Of a stretch of 64,000 nt of DNA, positions 29,477 through 39,309 are shown in pieces. This DNA is from Oceanispirochaeta sp. (lineage in GTDB: Bacteria; Spirochaetota; Spirochaetia; DSM-2461). The notes under the pieces are model-generated. The model ran no database searches. It was not told where the DNA came from and saw nothing but the letters and a program-made list of their open reading frames with translations. Where the stretch lies: positions 736,001-800,000 of the forward strand of contig CAXXOA010000001.1 of NCBI GenBank assembly GCA_963666275.2, written 5' to 3'. The stretch's first letter is position 1. Every line of letters begins with the position of its first letter. The position numbers and the translations under genes are program-made.

Positions 29477-29639
29477 GAACAGGGCTACCTCAATCCAGTA
29501 CAAAATTTATCTCAAAGGACAGTCATCTGTGATTGCCTTTTACCGTTTTGATTGGAGTTTTGCAAATCAAAACACGTTTATATCTTCCTTCTATTGTAAT
29601 ACTTTCTGCTCTTCTGGGGCATCCTTTTTTTTGAAAAAA

Positions 29640-30506
29640 CTACCTTTCGACACAGATCAGGCTCATCTGGGGAACCTTCAGACTTGCGGCAACTGGTTCG
29701 CATTTGGCCATAAACAGCAGAAACACATCCCGTCGATCCACAGTATTGAGGGTTTCATAATTTCCCTGTCCTTTGGAAATGACTAGATCGGAGTTGTAGA
29801 AATGTTCCCGGAATAGGGCTGATGTGGCTGAAAGAAGAGTTCCGGGAGTACTGTCTCCGTTGGAAATGACTTCAACAATTTTATCCAGGCCGCACTGCCG
29901 GGCATCTTCCATGGTGACATCGTTGATGATGGGAACTCCTCTCACGGCATAACGGATTGTTAATCCCGGATAATTTTCTTTCAGGTATTGAATGAACACT
30001 TTATCAAAGACAATCTCACCGCAGTTATCTCCCAGGTAGAGCAGTGTTTCCGCATTTTCCAGGGCGGATTTCAGCCTGCCGCTGTCATCTAGGAGTATGG
30101 GTTTTTCTTCTACAGTGGCCACCTGATTCAGAATGATGTCTCTGCTGATCCTGTGATGTGTACCGAAATCGATTATGTTTCCCGATATTGCCAGTTTCAA
30201 GGCTGTGATGAAGCTGTCCGGTCCTTTGCTGATCATCTCAGAAAGTTCGTCTTCCAGGTCGAGTATAATTGCGTTGTATTGTTTTTTTATCTCTCTGTAG
30301 GGGTCCTGGTTATCCATCTCTCTGTAGAGCATGGCGTAAAGATCTTTTGCCACCCCCGGAGGAGTGCCGGCCCAGGATGTGTCGGCGAGAAAACTCAGCG
30401 CTTTCCGGGTAAGGAGCTCATTGCGCTCCGGCGGAAGTTTGACAAGCTCTGTTGTTTTCTGGACCTGTTTCATAAGACAGGGAATACAGTCATTTGTAAT
30501 TATCAT
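29640..30506 (-). CDS. DUF89/ARMT1-like damage-control phosphatase
   Basis: CIPC, DPY, GNIIDFG, GDNCGEIVFD, PIINDVT, SKGQGNYE, KC. Confidence 0.93.
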   Translation of the reverse strand: MIITNDCIPCLMKQVQKTTELVKLPPERNELLTRKALSFLADTSWAGTPPGVAKDLYAMLYREMDNQDPYREIKKQYNAIILDLEDELSEMISKGPDSFITALKLAISGNIIDFGTHHRISRDIILNQVATVEEKPILLDDSGRLKSALENAETLLYLGDNCGEIVFDKVFIQYLKENYPGLTIRYAVRGVPIINDVTMEDARQCGLDKIVEVISNGDSTPGTLLSATSALFREHFYNSDLVISKGQGNYETLNTVDRRDVFLLFMAKCEPVAASLKVPQMSLICVER

Positions 30507-30608
30507 TCTCTGAGTATAAATAGAAATGTAGGAATCATAAACGGGATTCCTCAGGAAAAAACGTTACAGAGATTGAATCATAGGAAAAAATAAACATAAT
30601 TATATACT

Positions 30609-30923
30609 ATGGAGCATACAGACCTTTTAGAAATAATAGTAGATAACAATTTTTCAGAGATGGAGATGGCAATTCATCCCAACGATGGAGAGGATCTTGA
30701 TCTATATACACTGGATCATAATCTGATTTTTTATTCGGGGAGTTCTCTGGAGAAATTCAAAAGCGGGGAAGGTCAGCTGGGCGAGGGGACTCTGCGTCTA
30801 CTTAATAACTGCCAGCTGGGAACTTTATCAATTTCCAGTTATCTACTGGGCCGTCTTCAGTATTGTGAAAAAGCCCTTCTGATCCGGGATAAAAATAAAC
30901 TGTTTGTCACCTATCGGGAATAA
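30609..30923 (+). CDS. Hypothetical protein
   Basis: 104-aa ORF filling a gap, followed by a terminator; no recognisable motif. Confidence 0.6.
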   Translation: MEHTDLLEIIVDNNFSEMEMAIHPNDGEDLDLYTLDHNLIFYSGSSLEKFKSGEGQLGEGTLRLLNNCQLGTLSISSYLLGRLQYCEKALLIRDKNKLFVTYRE

Positions 30924-30946
30924 CCCCCTGCAGACTGACTTGAAAT

Positions 30947-31000
30947 AAAAAAAGAGTTGCCATCCAGTGGTATGCACTGAAGAGGGACAACTCTTTTTTT
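30947..31000. terminator. Bidirectional terminator
   Basis: A7-GAGTTG...CAACTC-T7 between convergent genes. Confidence 0.8.
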
Positions 31001-31020
31001 ATTGTCAGGACTATTTCCTT

Positions 31021-31878
31021 CTATCCTTTTACAGCACCCAGAGTTAAACCTTTCACAAGAGATTTCTGTGTTATCCAGCCCAGGATGACCGCTGGCAGGA
31101 CAGCTACCATTGAGGAGGCTGACAGCTGGGCCACAAACATCCCCTGCTGTTCCCTGAATCTTGCCATGTACACAGCCAGTGTGGCTGTATCATTACCTGT
31201 CAGGTTGAAGGCCAGAAAGAACTCATTCCAGACAAAAATGGCGACGAGAAGACCGGAAGATATAATCCCCGTTCTGACCAGAGGTAGAGCGATGGATATG
31301 AGCTGTTTGAAACGGGAGCATCCGTCGATTTCCGATGCCTCAATGATGGACTTGGGGACATCCGTAAAGAAGGAATGAAGCATCCATACCACTATGGGAA
31401 CATGAAATCCTATATAGGCAATCAGAAGTCCCAGAGGGGATTTGATCAGGTTGAATTTCTGATACCATGTATACAGGGGAATTATGACGGCAACCGGAGG
31501 AAGCAGGATTGTCGTAATGAACCACACATAGACATTCTCACCGGTTGTTTTCTTTTTAAACTTGCCGAACACGAGAGCGAAAGAAGCGGGGACCGCAAGA
31601 ACCAGGCAGAAAAACGTGGTAAAGAAAACCTGGAACAGGGAGTTTTTCAGATACCCGAACATGTTTTTATCACTGAGCACCATTTTGATGGTTTCCATGG
31701 TAGGTTTGAAAAAAAGCTTCGGCATGACCGCCTGGTGTTCTGTTTTAAAAGCAGACAGGAACATGTAGAGAATCGGTGAAAAGTAAAAAATGGCAATCCC
31801 GAAAATAAGGATTGTCAGGATTGTTGATTTTGTTCTTCGTTTTATCTTGTGCTTCTGTTCTATCGATAAATTACTCAT
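31021..31878 (-). CDS. Carbohydrate (CUT1) ABC permease, MalG-like
   Basis: EASEIDGCS EAA loop, WNEFF, VLPAVILGW. Confidence 0.92.
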   Translation of the reverse strand: MSNLSIEQKHKIKRRTKSTILTILIFGIAIFYFSPILYMFLSAFKTEHQAVMPKLFFKPTMETIKMVLSDKNMFGYLKNSLFQVFFTTFFCLVLAVPASFALVFGKFKKKTTGENVYVWFITTILLPPVAVIIPLYTWYQKFNLIKSPLGLLIAYIGFHVPIVVWMLHSFFTDVPKSIIEASEIDGCSRFKQLISIALPLVRTGIISSGLLVAIFVWNEFFLAFNLTGNDTATLAVYMARFREQQGMFVAQLSASSMVAVLPAVILGWITQKSLVKGLTLGAVKG

Positions 31879-31892
31879 TTTTTTCCTCTTTT

Positions 31893-32780
31893 TTATTCAA
31901 AAGCCGCTTTGCGTTTCCGGATCATCCTGTAAAGAACATTGACGGAAATCAGGGTAATAATAACAGTCATGGCAGCCAGAGCACCCGCACGGCCCACCTG
32001 AGAACCATTGAATATTTCCATATATACCGCATAGGGGAGGTTGTAGGAACGCGTTCCCGGACCACCGGCTGTTGTCACCAGGATCAAACCGATCTCTTTG
32101 ACGATAAAAATGAGACCCAGCATAATCGCAACCATCATATGCTGGGAAATCATAGGGAGCTTGATTTCAAATGTCGCTCTGAACCAGTTTGCCCCGTCCA
32201 CTTTCATACTGTCTTCCACATCCTGGGGAATGCCCTGGAGGCCTGCCAGGATGATCAGGACGAAAAACGGGATCCACTGCCAGGAAAAGAGGAATATTAT
32301 GACCGACAGGGGCCTATAGCTGAGCAGGTCTATCGGATTGAGTCCGAGATTTTTGAATATCACCCCATACCACCCGAAGGAGGTATTCAGAATGGTTGTT
32401 TTCCAGATAACACCGCTGGCTGTGGACATAACAAAAAAAGGCCCCATTATAAGGGTCCTGGCGATGTTTATACCCGGAACAGAATGATCCAGCAGAATAG
32501 AAAAGAGGAATCCCATCACGGAACATATGAGAAGAGTTGCAAGAGTCAATACTATTGTCTGTCCTAGAATCGTATAGAATTCGGGGAGGCTTGAGAAATC
32601 GTCTATTTTCAGGAAATAGGTGTAGTTTTTCAGGCCGTTGAATGTAATACCAAGGTCGGGCCTGGTCAGGTTCCATTTCAGCGTTGAATAAATCAGGGTC
32701 AGAAGAAACGGAATCTGTGTCATGACAGCCACAACAATTACAGCAGGTAAGAGAAATAGCCAGTCTTTTTCCTTTTTCAT
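31893..32780 (-). CDS. Carbohydrate (CUT1) ABC permease, MalF-like
   Basis: WQWIPF, AGLQGIP, VDGA, TAGGPG. Confidence 0.92.
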   Translation of the reverse strand: MKKEKDWLFLLPAVIVVAVMTQIPFLLTLIYSTLKWNLTRPDLGITFNGLKNYTYFLKIDDFSSLPEFYTILGQTIVLTLATLLICSVMGFLFSILLDHSVPGINIARTLIMGPFFVMSTASGVIWKTTILNTSFGWYGVIFKNLGLNPIDLLSYRPLSVIIFLFSWQWIPFFVLIILAGLQGIPQDVEDSMKVDGANWFRATFEIKLPMISQHMMVAIMLGLIFIVKEIGLILVTTAGGPGTRSYNLPYAVYMEIFNGSQVGRAGALAAMTVIITLISVNVLYRMIRKRKAAFE

Positions 32781-32867
32781 TGGGAATTCCTTAAATAACT
32801 GTGGTTCTTTTAATAATTATAATGCCATATGGGATAGTGTCAAAACAAAAAATAATTACTGATTTTT

Positions 32868-32899
32868 TAAAAACCCGAACCGCCGCAGCGGTCCGGGTC
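32868..32899 (-). terminator. Stem-loop/terminator between SBP and permeases
   Basis: ACCCGGACCGCTGCGGCGGTTCGGGT followed by a T tract on the minus strand. Confidence 0.65.
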
Positions 32900-32930
32900 A
32901 ATTTATTGTCTGTTGAATAAGATGCGGTTA

Positions 32931-34313
32931 TTACCTGTAACCACCGTCAATTGCTACCTGGTTGAAGACATCCTGAGTTTTCTTGATGGCTTCATCAAGA
33001 GAGATCTTGTCTACCACATAGTCAGCCAGATACTGGGTCATCTTTGTTCCCGCATCGGCAAACTCGGGTATGGCAATATACTGAAGTCCTACATAGGGAA
33101 CAGGATCCATAGTGGGTTTGGTGAAATCGGTAGATTCCAGAGTTTTCAGGGTCATTTCTGCATAGGGAGCAGATTTGTACGCTGCCAGTTCATAGGTTGA
33201 TGAGCGGGAAGCCGGAGGTGTCAGAGCACCGGAGGGATCCAGTTCAGTTGTCATTTTGATGTAATCCTTGCTGGTCGCCCAGAGCATGAAATCAAATGCA
33301 GCCTGTTTTTTCGCATCAGTTGTATTGGGGTTGATACCCATGGCCCAGTTCCACAGCCATGCTGTATTGGTTTTCATCTTCTGATGAGGAGGCATGACAT
33401 ATCCCATCTTTCCCTGTACAGCGGAGCCGTCAGATTCAAGAGGAGGTGCAATGGAGGTTGCATCATAGTAGATTCCGCATTTTCCGGACTGCATCAGAGC
33501 TATACATTCATTGTATGTATAGGAAAGGATGTCTTCCTGTCCGGCTTCTTTCAGGATCTTTTTATACATCTGCCAGGCCGCTCTCTGTTCGGGAGTATCG
33601 ATTGTGGCATTCCAATTCATATCGTAGAATCTTCCGCCGAAGGCATTTACGATCGTTACAAAGGGAGCACCGCTCATACCCCAGCCGGGAGCACCGCGCA
33701 TAGTCATACCGACGATTCCGTTTGCCGGATCATGGATGGCTTTTGCCAGTTCGTAGATCTCGTCCCAGGTGGGTTCGTCGGGCATTGTCAGGCCTTTCTG
33801 TTCAAAGAGCTCTTTGTTGTACATGATAAAGGAACTTTCACCGTAGAAGGGAAGAGCATAGGAATCACCATTAAGGGAGAGGGATCCGACCATACCCTGA
33901 ATAAGATCGTCTCTGTCATACCAGGATGCCTGGGAGGAGCTCATCTTATCAAAATAGGGTTCCAGATTTTCCAGCCAGCCGAATTTGGCCCAGTTGGTTG
34001 CCTCATAAGGTCCTATAACAAAGATATCATAGGTATCACCACCGGTTGATGCTTCAGTGGTCAGTTTCTGTCTCAGGTCGTTTTCGGGAAGTACAGCAAT
34101 CTGTACCTGAACGCCTTCAGCAGAGTAGTTGTCTCTTGCAATTCTTTCAAGAGCCTGATTGATCGGGTTGTTGGGAAGAGCTATATTGACTATAGTCGTA
34201 CCGCTTCCACCGCCTGACGGTGCAGCTTCCTCCTGCTGACCGCCCGCAAACGCCATTGATCCTGCCATGAACAGACATAACAGAACAGCCACTGCCTTAC
34301 GATTCTTTTTCAT
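32931..34313 (-). CDS. Polyol (sorbitol/mannitol SmoE-like) ABC substrate-binding protein
   Basis: LPENDLRQK, IGPYE, PFYGESS, MRGAPGWG, WLWNWA, PYVGLQYIAIPEF. Confidence 0.85.
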   Translation of the reverse strand: MKKNRKAVAVLLCLFMAGSMAFAGGQQEEAAPSGGGSGTTIVNIALPNNPINQALERIARDNYSAEGVQVQIAVLPENDLRQKLTTEASTGGDTYDIFVIGPYEATNWAKFGWLENLEPYFDKMSSSQASWYDRDDLIQGMVGSLSLNGDSYALPFYGESSFIMYNKELFEQKGLTMPDEPTWDEIYELAKAIHDPANGIVGMTMRGAPGWGMSGAPFVTIVNAFGGRFYDMNWNATIDTPEQRAAWQMYKKILKEAGQEDILSYTYNECIALMQSGKCGIYYDATSIAPPLESDGSAVQGKMGYVMPPHQKMKTNTAWLWNWAMGINPNTTDAKKQAAFDFMLWATSKDYIKMTTELDPSGALTPPASRSSTYELAAYKSAPYAEMTLKTLESTDFTKPTMDPVPYVGLQYIAIPEFADAGTKMTQYLADYVVDKISLDEAIKKTQDVFNQVAIDGGYR

Positions 34314-34407
34314 TAGAATCCTCCTTTTTGGATATACAAAATATTTGGTTTCCCAAAATATTCAGACAAGTTCACCAATCGGGGGTGATTAGTCCCCTTT
34401 AAAACAG

Positions 34408-34433
34408 GTTAATCCATTACGTAAACGATTAAC
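34408..34433. promoter_or_regulatory. Tandem LacI-type operator, copy 1
   Basis: GTTAATCCATTACGTAAACGATTAAC upstream of the polyol SBP. Confidence 0.7.
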
Positions 34434-34535
34434 ATTAGTTGGAAGAATGGTAACATGGAAAAAAACAGCCGTCAATGAATAATAATCTATCGATATTTTA
34501 TTAGCTACTAACGTTTTAACGGCCATATTCATCCT

Positions 34536-35570
34536 CTATTTCAGCTCTATCTGGACCTTTACCGCATTAGATCGGGGATCGGAAGCATATTCATAGGCGG
34601 CAATGCTTTCATCAAAGGGGTAAATCCTGCTGATCAGGGGGGGTACATTAATATCCCCCGAGGCAATCAGCCTGATGGCCCTGTCGTATTTATGGGCATA
34701 CCGGAAAACAGACTGAGTGCTCAATTCCTTTGCCTGCAGTCCTGTTATGCTTAACTGTCCCATTCCGTCCGCGGGAATACCAACAAGTATAATGCATCCT
34801 CCCGGAGAAGCAAATTCATGTATGTTTCTGAAAACGGCACCGCTTCCTGTGGCTTCGAATACCCTTTCAACTCCCCATCCGTCTGTTTCTTTCATAATCC
34901 GTTCCACAGGATCTTCTTTTGTGGAATCTATAGGAATAATGTTGGGAAAATGCTCCGTGATCGCCAGCTTCTCCGAATTGATATCGCTTATAAATACGCG
35001 GCTGCAGCCTCCGGCCAGAGCGGAGAGGGCTGTGAGTATGCCGATGGTTCCGCACCCGGTCACCAGGGCTGTATCTCCCGGGGATATGCCGGCTTTGTCT
35101 GCCGCCTGCAGTCCTATGGCCAGGGGTTCAACCATGGCTCCTTCTGCATAACTGACATTTTCGGGAAGTTTAAACGTATAGGCTTCCGGATGGACAACAG
35201 ATTCGCAGAGGCATCCGTGAATAGGAGGGGTCGCCCAGAATCTCACATCCGGATCCAGATTGTACATCCCCATCCTCGTCACTTTGCTGTTACCGGGAAT
35301 CCCCGGTTCCATACAGACCCGGTCTCCTTTTTTCAGATTCTTCACATTTTTACCGGTTTCTATGACTTCTCCCGAAGCTTCATGCCCCAGAACCATGGGG
35401 TCTCTGACAATATAGGGGCCGATACCACCATGCTGATAGTAGTGGACATCGCTGCCGCAAATTCCCACATTCCTGATGGCGATTCTCACGTCATCGTCTC
35501 CGCAGACACCGTAGATATCCATATCTCGGATCTGAAGTTTTTTTTGGCTTTCCAGCACCAGGGCTTTCAT
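34536..35570 (-). CDS. Zn-dependent polyol dehydrogenase (xylitol/sorbitol, D-xylulose reductase-like)
   Basis: [42 protein letters not shown]; lacks the structural-Zn Cys cluster. Confidence 0.88.
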   Translation of the reverse strand: MKALVLESQKKLQIRDMDIYGVCGDDDVRIAIRNVGICGSDVHYYQHGGIGPYIVRDPMVLGHEASGEVIETGKNVKNLKKGDRVCMEPGIPGNSKVTRMGMYNLDPDVRFWATPPIHGCLCESVVHPEAYTFKLPENVSYAEGAMVEPLAIGLQAADKAGISPGDTALVTGCGTIGILTALSALAGGCSRVFISDINSEKLAITEHFPNIIPIDSTKEDPVERIMKETDGWGVERVFEATGSGAVFRNIHEFASPGGCIILVGIPADGMGQLSITGLQAKELSTQSVFRYAHKYDRAIRLIASGDINVPPLISRIYPFDESIAAYEYASDPRSNAVKVQIELK

Positions 35571-35641
35571 ATTTCCTCCAGAGGAATAGTTTGTATAAAT
35601 TTTGATAATAATAGTATCAGACAGGTTATTGAAAGGAAAAC

Positions 35642-35667
35642 TTTAATCGATTGCGTAAACGATTAAA
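35642..35667. promoter_or_regulatory. Tandem LacI-type operator, copy 2
   Basis: TTTAATCGATTGCGTAAACGATTAAA in the divergent dehydrogenase/lacI interval; single site GTTAATCGATTAC at 35783. Confidence 0.7.
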
Positions 35668-35816
35668 TTATCTTAAAGGTTCAGGACCGTTCTGTCAAAT
35701 AAAAAAGCAGAAAAAAGTGTTTTTTACGGATTTTCATATATTTTCTTGACGGCTCCGGTGACAGGGGTGTATTCTGTCTTCTGTTAATCGATTACGTGTC
35801 CCCTGAGGAGTGTACA

Positions 35817-36842
35817 ATGGGCGCCTCAATGAAGGATGTCGCACGTCTTGCCGATGTTTCCACCGCTACCGTTTCGCATGTTATAAACAATACAAGAAAT
35901 GTGAACCCCGAAACCAGGCGGAAAGTTTTAAAAGCAATTGATGACCTGCGGTACAATGTGAATCCTGTTGCCAGAAATCTGAGAAGCGGCAGTTCCGGAA
36001 TGATCGGCTATGTGGTTTCCAATCTGGCAAACTATTTTTTTATGGATATTGCTCTGGTCATTGATGAAATACTCAGCAGTCATGGCTATCACCTTATCTA
36101 TATCAATTCCAGAGAGAGCTCTGAAAAAGAGCGGGACAACATTGAAAGTCTGATTATGCAGAATGTAGACGGTCTGATTATCGCTCCCGTCGGGGATGAC
36201 TGCGCCTATATGAACAGCATCATAGGGAATAAATGCCCCAGTGTCCTCTTTGACCGTCAGCCCCGGGGTTTTGAGAGAGATGTTGTGATGTCTTCCAATG
36301 CGGAGGGAAGCTATACAGGGACCAGCTGTCTGATCAGGAGCGGATACAGGAAAATCGGTTTTGTGGGTTCCCGGTTTGATACCACTATGCAGGAAAGGAT
36401 GGAAGGGTATCGTAAAGCTCTGCTGGAAAACAATCTGATCGCCAGTGATGAGCTTGTGAGATGGGGGGAGGGGATACCCCATTCCATGAATGAACAGAGG
36501 TACGGGGACTCCTATGAAAATGCAGAATTTCTTGTGGAAAAGTGCGGTGTTGATGCCATATTTGCCGGGAATGCCCTGGCCATGGTGGGAGTCTTCAGTT
36601 ATCTCCACGAAAAGGGATGCCGTATTCCCCGGGACTACGGGCTTGTCTCTTTCGATGATACCTTCTGGCTTACCATGTCAAATCCGGGCATTACGGCGGT
36701 GAATCAGGACAAAATACGGATAGGGCGGGAAGTGTCGGAAATCCTTCTCCGCAGAATAGAGGGGGACCGGAGGGAGTATCAGACTCTCCGGATCCCCACG
36801 AACCTTATTGAAAGGTATTCAACAAAATGCGGAAGTTCTTGA
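35817..36842 (+). CDS. LacI-family transcriptional regulator
   Basis: SMKDVARLADVSTATVSHVIN, YNVNPVARNL; GAGGAG RBS. Confidence 0.95.
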   Translation: MGASMKDVARLADVSTATVSHVINNTRNVNPETRRKVLKAIDDLRYNVNPVARNLRSGSSGMIGYVVSNLANYFFMDIALVIDEILSSHGYHLIYINSRESSEKERDNIESLIMQNVDGLIIAPVGDDCAYMNSIIGNKCPSVLFDRQPRGFERDVVMSSNAEGSYTGTSCLIRSGYRKIGFVGSRFDTTMQERMEGYRKALLENNLIASDELVRWGEGIPHSMNEQRYGDSYENAEFLVEKCGVDAIFAGNALAMVGVFSYLHEKGCRIPRDYGLVSFDDTFWLTMSNPGITAVNQDKIRIGREVSEILLRRIEGDRREYQTLRIPTNLIERYSTKCGSS

Positions 36843-36942
36843 TAAATACCGATTTTTCAGCCTATTATGAAACTAGGTTGTCAATCCGGAAAATTCAGGG
36901 ATCTATTGCGTAAACGAAATCTGAAATTGCAAAGGATTGTAT

Positions 36943-37701
36943 ATGGGAACCTTAAGATTAGAAAAGAAAACCGCTTACGTGACAGGCGGAGCCAGAGGAA
37001 TCGGTAAAGCTGTCGCGCTGGGTCTGGCCGAAAACGGGGCAGATGTGGCTATTGTCGATATCGACATGGAAGCAGCCGCCTCCGTTGTCAGTGAAATAGA
37101 AAGCATGGGAAGACGTTCCATGGCTGTTTCCTGCGATGTTACCGATCCTGCCGATGTGGCTGCCATGGTAGATAAAATCGTATCTGCCTGGGGCAGACTG
37201 GATATCGCCTTCAACAATGCGGGTATCTGTATCAATATTGATGCTCAGGAGATGACTTTTGAACAGTGGAAAAAAGTCATTGATATCAATCTGACAGGAG
37301 TCTTCCTCACTTCCCAGGCTGCGGGAAAGGTCATGATAAAACAGAAAGGCGGTGTGATTATCAATACCGCTTCCATGTCGGGCCATATTGTAAATGTTCC
37401 CCAGCCCCAGTGTGCCTATAATGCCTCGAAAGCCGGGGTAATCCAGTTAACAAAATCACTCGCCGTGGAATGGGCTCCCTACAATGTGAGAGTCAACAGC
37501 CTCAGTCCCGGCTATATCGCCACAGAGATGACCCTGAAAGCTCCTGAAGAGTGGAAAAACCGCTGGGTAGATCTGACTCCCGCAGGCAGGATGGGCAATC
37601 CAGAAGAGCTTGTCAGTGCTATCCTCTATATGGCCGATGATTCCTCCTCCTATACAACAGGAATGGATCTGGTTGTCGACGGCGCCTTTACCTGCATGTA
37701 G
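36943..37701 (+). CDS. SDR oxidoreductase (arabitol/mannitol dehydrogenase, L-xylulose reductase-like)
   Basis: TGGARGIG, NNAGI, ASMSGHIVNVPQPQCAYNASK, VNSLSPGYI. Confidence 0.88.
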   Translation: MGTLRLEKKTAYVTGGARGIGKAVALGLAENGADVAIVDIDMEAAASVVSEIESMGRRSMAVSCDVTDPADVAAMVDKIVSAWGRLDIAFNNAGICINIDAQEMTFEQWKKVIDINLTGVFLTSQAAGKVMIKQKGGVIINTASMSGHIVNVPQPQCAYNASKAGVIQLTKSLAVEWAPYNVRVNSLSPGYIATEMTLKAPEEWKNRWVDLTPAGRMGNPEELVSAILYMADDSSSYTTGMDLVVDGAFTCM

Positions 37702-37714
37702 GAACTGAGACCTT

Positions 37715-39247
37715 ATGCCCGATTATATTCTAACCTACGACATAGGTACGACCGGAAACAAGTGTACTGTTTTCAGCACTGACGGCAGAACTCTTGCTTC
37801 CGTCACCATTCCATACGAAACGGATTATCCCAAACCGGGATGGTCCCAGCAGAACCCTGAACAGTACTGGAAAAGTGTTGTTCAGGGGACCAGGGAGCTG
37901 GTGGATTCCGTACCGGAGCTGACCGGAAATATAAGCTGTATAGGATTGAGCGGGCATATGAACGGTATGCTTCCTGTCGATCCGGAAGGAAATCCCGTTT
38001 TTCCCGAGATTATCCATTCGGATAACAGAAGCGCCTCGTTCTGTCCGCTCATTCAGGAAAGGATCGATGACTGGTCATTTTATGAAATCACAGGGAACAG
38101 GATTGATTCCCATCTTTCCCTTCCCAAGATTCTCTGGTTCAGGGATAACTGCCCGGATGAGTACAGGCGGACAAAGTGGATCCTTCAGAGTAAGGACTAT
38201 GTTGCGGGAAAGCTGACAGGGAACTGGGGCACCACCGATTATTCGGATGCCTCTCTGACCTGTGTTCTGGATCTGAAAAAAAAGGAGTGGTCTCCCCGAA
38301 TTCTGGAGGAGATGGGGCTGGAGGGGAGTAAATTCCCCCGGCCTGTCCACTCTCATGACAGGGTGGGAACTCTCCATGCTTCCGCAGCAGAGCTGCTGGG
38401 CATTGCAGGCGGAATTCCTGTCTTCGCCGGGGCCGGGGATGCCGCCTGTTCCGCAAGAGGCGCGGGAATTGCCGATTACTCTACAGCCCAGAACTATATA
38501 GGAAGCAGTTCCTGGATTTCAGTACTGGCTCCGGAGCCTCTGGCGGACAAAGGCAGGAGGATCCAGAACTTTTATGACCTTGACGGAGAGAGCATCAATG
38601 TCTGCGGTACTGTTCAGTGTGCCGGGATAGCCATAGACTGGATGATGAAGGAGCTGGCCGGTTATGAGGACGGCTCTTTTGACTACAGGAAAGTGGAAGA
38701 ACTGGCGGCTCTCTCTCCTCCCGGAGCCTCGGGAATCTTCTTTCTGCCCTATCTTATGGGCGAAAGGACTCCCCACTGGAGCTCTGACCTGAAAGGGAGT
38801 TTTCTGGGATTGACTCTCAGTCACAATAGAAATGATCTGTACAGGGCTGTCCTTGAAGGGGTGGCACTGGCTCTGAAAGATGTGATTCAGGTTTTCCATG
38901 AAAACGGTATTGTTCTGAAAGACCTTTCACTCACAGGAGGAGGGGCTCTTTCTCCCTTCTGGAACAGCATGATGAGCAGCATCTACGGATATCCCGTCAA
39001 AATCCCTGATTCGCCCAAACAGGCCACCAGCCTGGGAGCGGCCATTGCGGCAGGTGTGGGAGCAGGACTGTTTGACTCCTATGAATCGGCCGCTCAGATG
39101 GTGAGTTTCAGCAGGACAATTCAGAGTGACCCTGCTGAGAGGCGTATCTATGAACGGGTTCATCAGGTTTTTCACGGAATCTATGAGAATTATGAACCCC
39201 TTTCGTCCCGCCTCGCTTCCTATCAGAAGGAAGTGTTCGGTGAATGA
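37715..39247 (+). CDS. xylB: FGGY-family sugar kinase, xylulokinase-like
   Basis: DIGTTGNK, SGHMNG, DYSDAS, GAGDAA, PYLMGERTP, AVLEGV. Confidence 0.8.
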   Translation: MPDYILTYDIGTTGNKCTVFSTDGRTLASVTIPYETDYPKPGWSQQNPEQYWKSVVQGTRELVDSVPELTGNISCIGLSGHMNGMLPVDPEGNPVFPEIIHSDNRSASFCPLIQERIDDWSFYEITGNRIDSHLSLPKILWFRDNCPDEYRRTKWILQSKDYVAGKLTGNWGTTDYSDASLTCVLDLKKKEWSPRILEEMGLEGSKFPRPVHSHDRVGTLHASAAELLGIAGGIPVFAGAGDAACSARGAGIADYSTAQNYIGSSSWISVLAPEPLADKGRRIQNFYDLDGESINVCGTVQCAGIAIDWMMKELAGYEDGSFDYRKVEELAALSPPGASGIFFLPYLMGERTPHWSSDLKGSFLGLTLSHNRNDLYRAVLEGVALALKDVIQVFHENGIVLKDLSLTGGGALSPFWNSMMSSIYGYPVKIPDSPKQATSLGAAIAAGVGAGLFDSYESAAQMVSFSRTIQSDPAERRIYERVHQVFHGIYENYEPLSSRLASYQKEVFGE

Positions 39248-39309
39248 TTGAGAAGGGACAATTTTTAAAAAAAATCAGTATTTAGTATTTAATATAAGGA
39301 GATTGTAAA

